This document shows positions 63,044-64,000 of a stretch of 64,000 nucleotides of DNA, piece after piece. Under the pieces are notes generated by a model. The model had not been told where the DNA came from, did not search any database, and saw only the letters and a program-made list of their open reading frames with translations. The position numbers and the translations under genes were made by a program. Source of the stretch: Pristiophorus japonicus (taxonomy: Eukaryota); assembly GCF_044704955.1 (NCBI RefSeq), contig NC_091985.1:37758001-37822000 (forward strand). Reading direction: 5' to 3'. Numbering within the stretch: the first letter of the stretch is position 1; each line of letters opens with the position of its first letter.

Positions 63044-64000
63044 ACCTGCAGCAATTGCTCGTGATTCCTTTGGTCCAACGATGGGCAGAAGCAGAGGACA
63101 GGTACATTGAGGCTCTTCCTACAACCAGATTGATTTTTAGACATACCACATTGGTATCTCGAAGTGGGGCTTCAGATCCCTCGAATGATCGGAAGACACC
63201 TTGCAGTACAACCCTAGAAGGTCTCAGAAACAATTTATACCTGCTGCATGCTGCACAATGTCACCCTGCAAAGAGACTTTACAATGGAGGCAGGGGAGGA
63301 GGGCAAAAGTGGATACCATAAATTAGCTGCTGAAACCTCAATGCAGTAAGAAAGAATGGTGTCCAGGCACTAATTCAAAATGTCTTATGAGTGCCGAAAT
63401 TGTTGGATTTTTAAAATCTGTAGTTGACAAAAATGTAATTCAAATCAACTGAATTCTATCTAAATATACAGCACAACGCTGAAATTAAGCACAGTGCATT
63501 TATTTAATCCATTGTGTAGTGTGTGAATGTTACTGTGACCATATTTGTCTAAATACACTTCTGTGAAGTGCCTTGGGATGTGGTTCTATGTTGAGGCTGG
63601 TATTTAAATCGAAATTGTTATCGTCATTGTTGCTGATTTGCGATGGTGCTTTGTATTGTGGATCGTTTGAGATATGTAATGTTTAATCTCTTACTTCCCT
63701 AAAGAAATCCATTTGGAAGGGGTACATGTGCTAGCTCGCCACAGGATTTCACTGCCAGCCTGCTGAGTTTCTGGTTAGCCTAATCGTGATCCACCTCGAA
63801 AAACTAAGGGATATATTTGTGAAAATGGTTAGGAGTAGCTCCTTCCATTTTTCCCACTCTAGATACCTTGGAATAACAAGAGGCAGCAAATGCTCCACGG
63901 ACTCAGGGCAAAACGTTGGTCGATATTAACTTTGGCCAAGCGCATCATGACCTTATAGTTGTATCACAGTTGAGGACAGTTGGGCAAGTAGATAGTTACT

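Noticed and set aside
62859-63321. Overlapping ORFs as the first exon of a neighbouring gene
   Set aside because: They start inside the CR1 5' UTR repeats and resemble no protein I recognise.

Overview
Eukaryotic genomic DNA from a cartilaginous fish. The shark assignment is inferred from the CR1, Deu-domain SINE, RTE and Penelope repeat landscape. The window holds the 5' half of HEATR1 (UTP10, rRNA processing) on the minus strand: a probable non-coding exon 1/CpG promoter at ~53.0-53.3 kb and 22 coding exons (ATG at 48214 down to a partial exon at 1-64). All introns are GT-AG and the exons join into one open frame of ~1058 codons. Introns and upstream DNA are dense with transposon copies: CR1, L2, RTE, Penelope-like, SINEs, one Harbinger and several MITEs. 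Almost all other ORFs in the track are transposon fragments or chance frames. The most notable observations: (1) a CR1 3' fragment at 15052-15395 with dense, strand-specific A>G changes that mostly spare A's preceded by G, the pattern expected if an ADAR-hyper-edited RNA was retrotransposed; (2) a chimeric insertion at 29921-30468 that copies a CR1 end plus ~68 bp of unique flank from 6.8 kb away; (3) a Harbinger lacking its transposase but keeping a spliced Myb/SANT gene; (4) a 47-bp promoter repeat that multiplies a CTCF-like motif; (5) a highly structured, short, RTE-tailed element. There are no prokaryotic features (CRISPR, operons). All identifications were made by eye and from remembered homologues; no database search was run.
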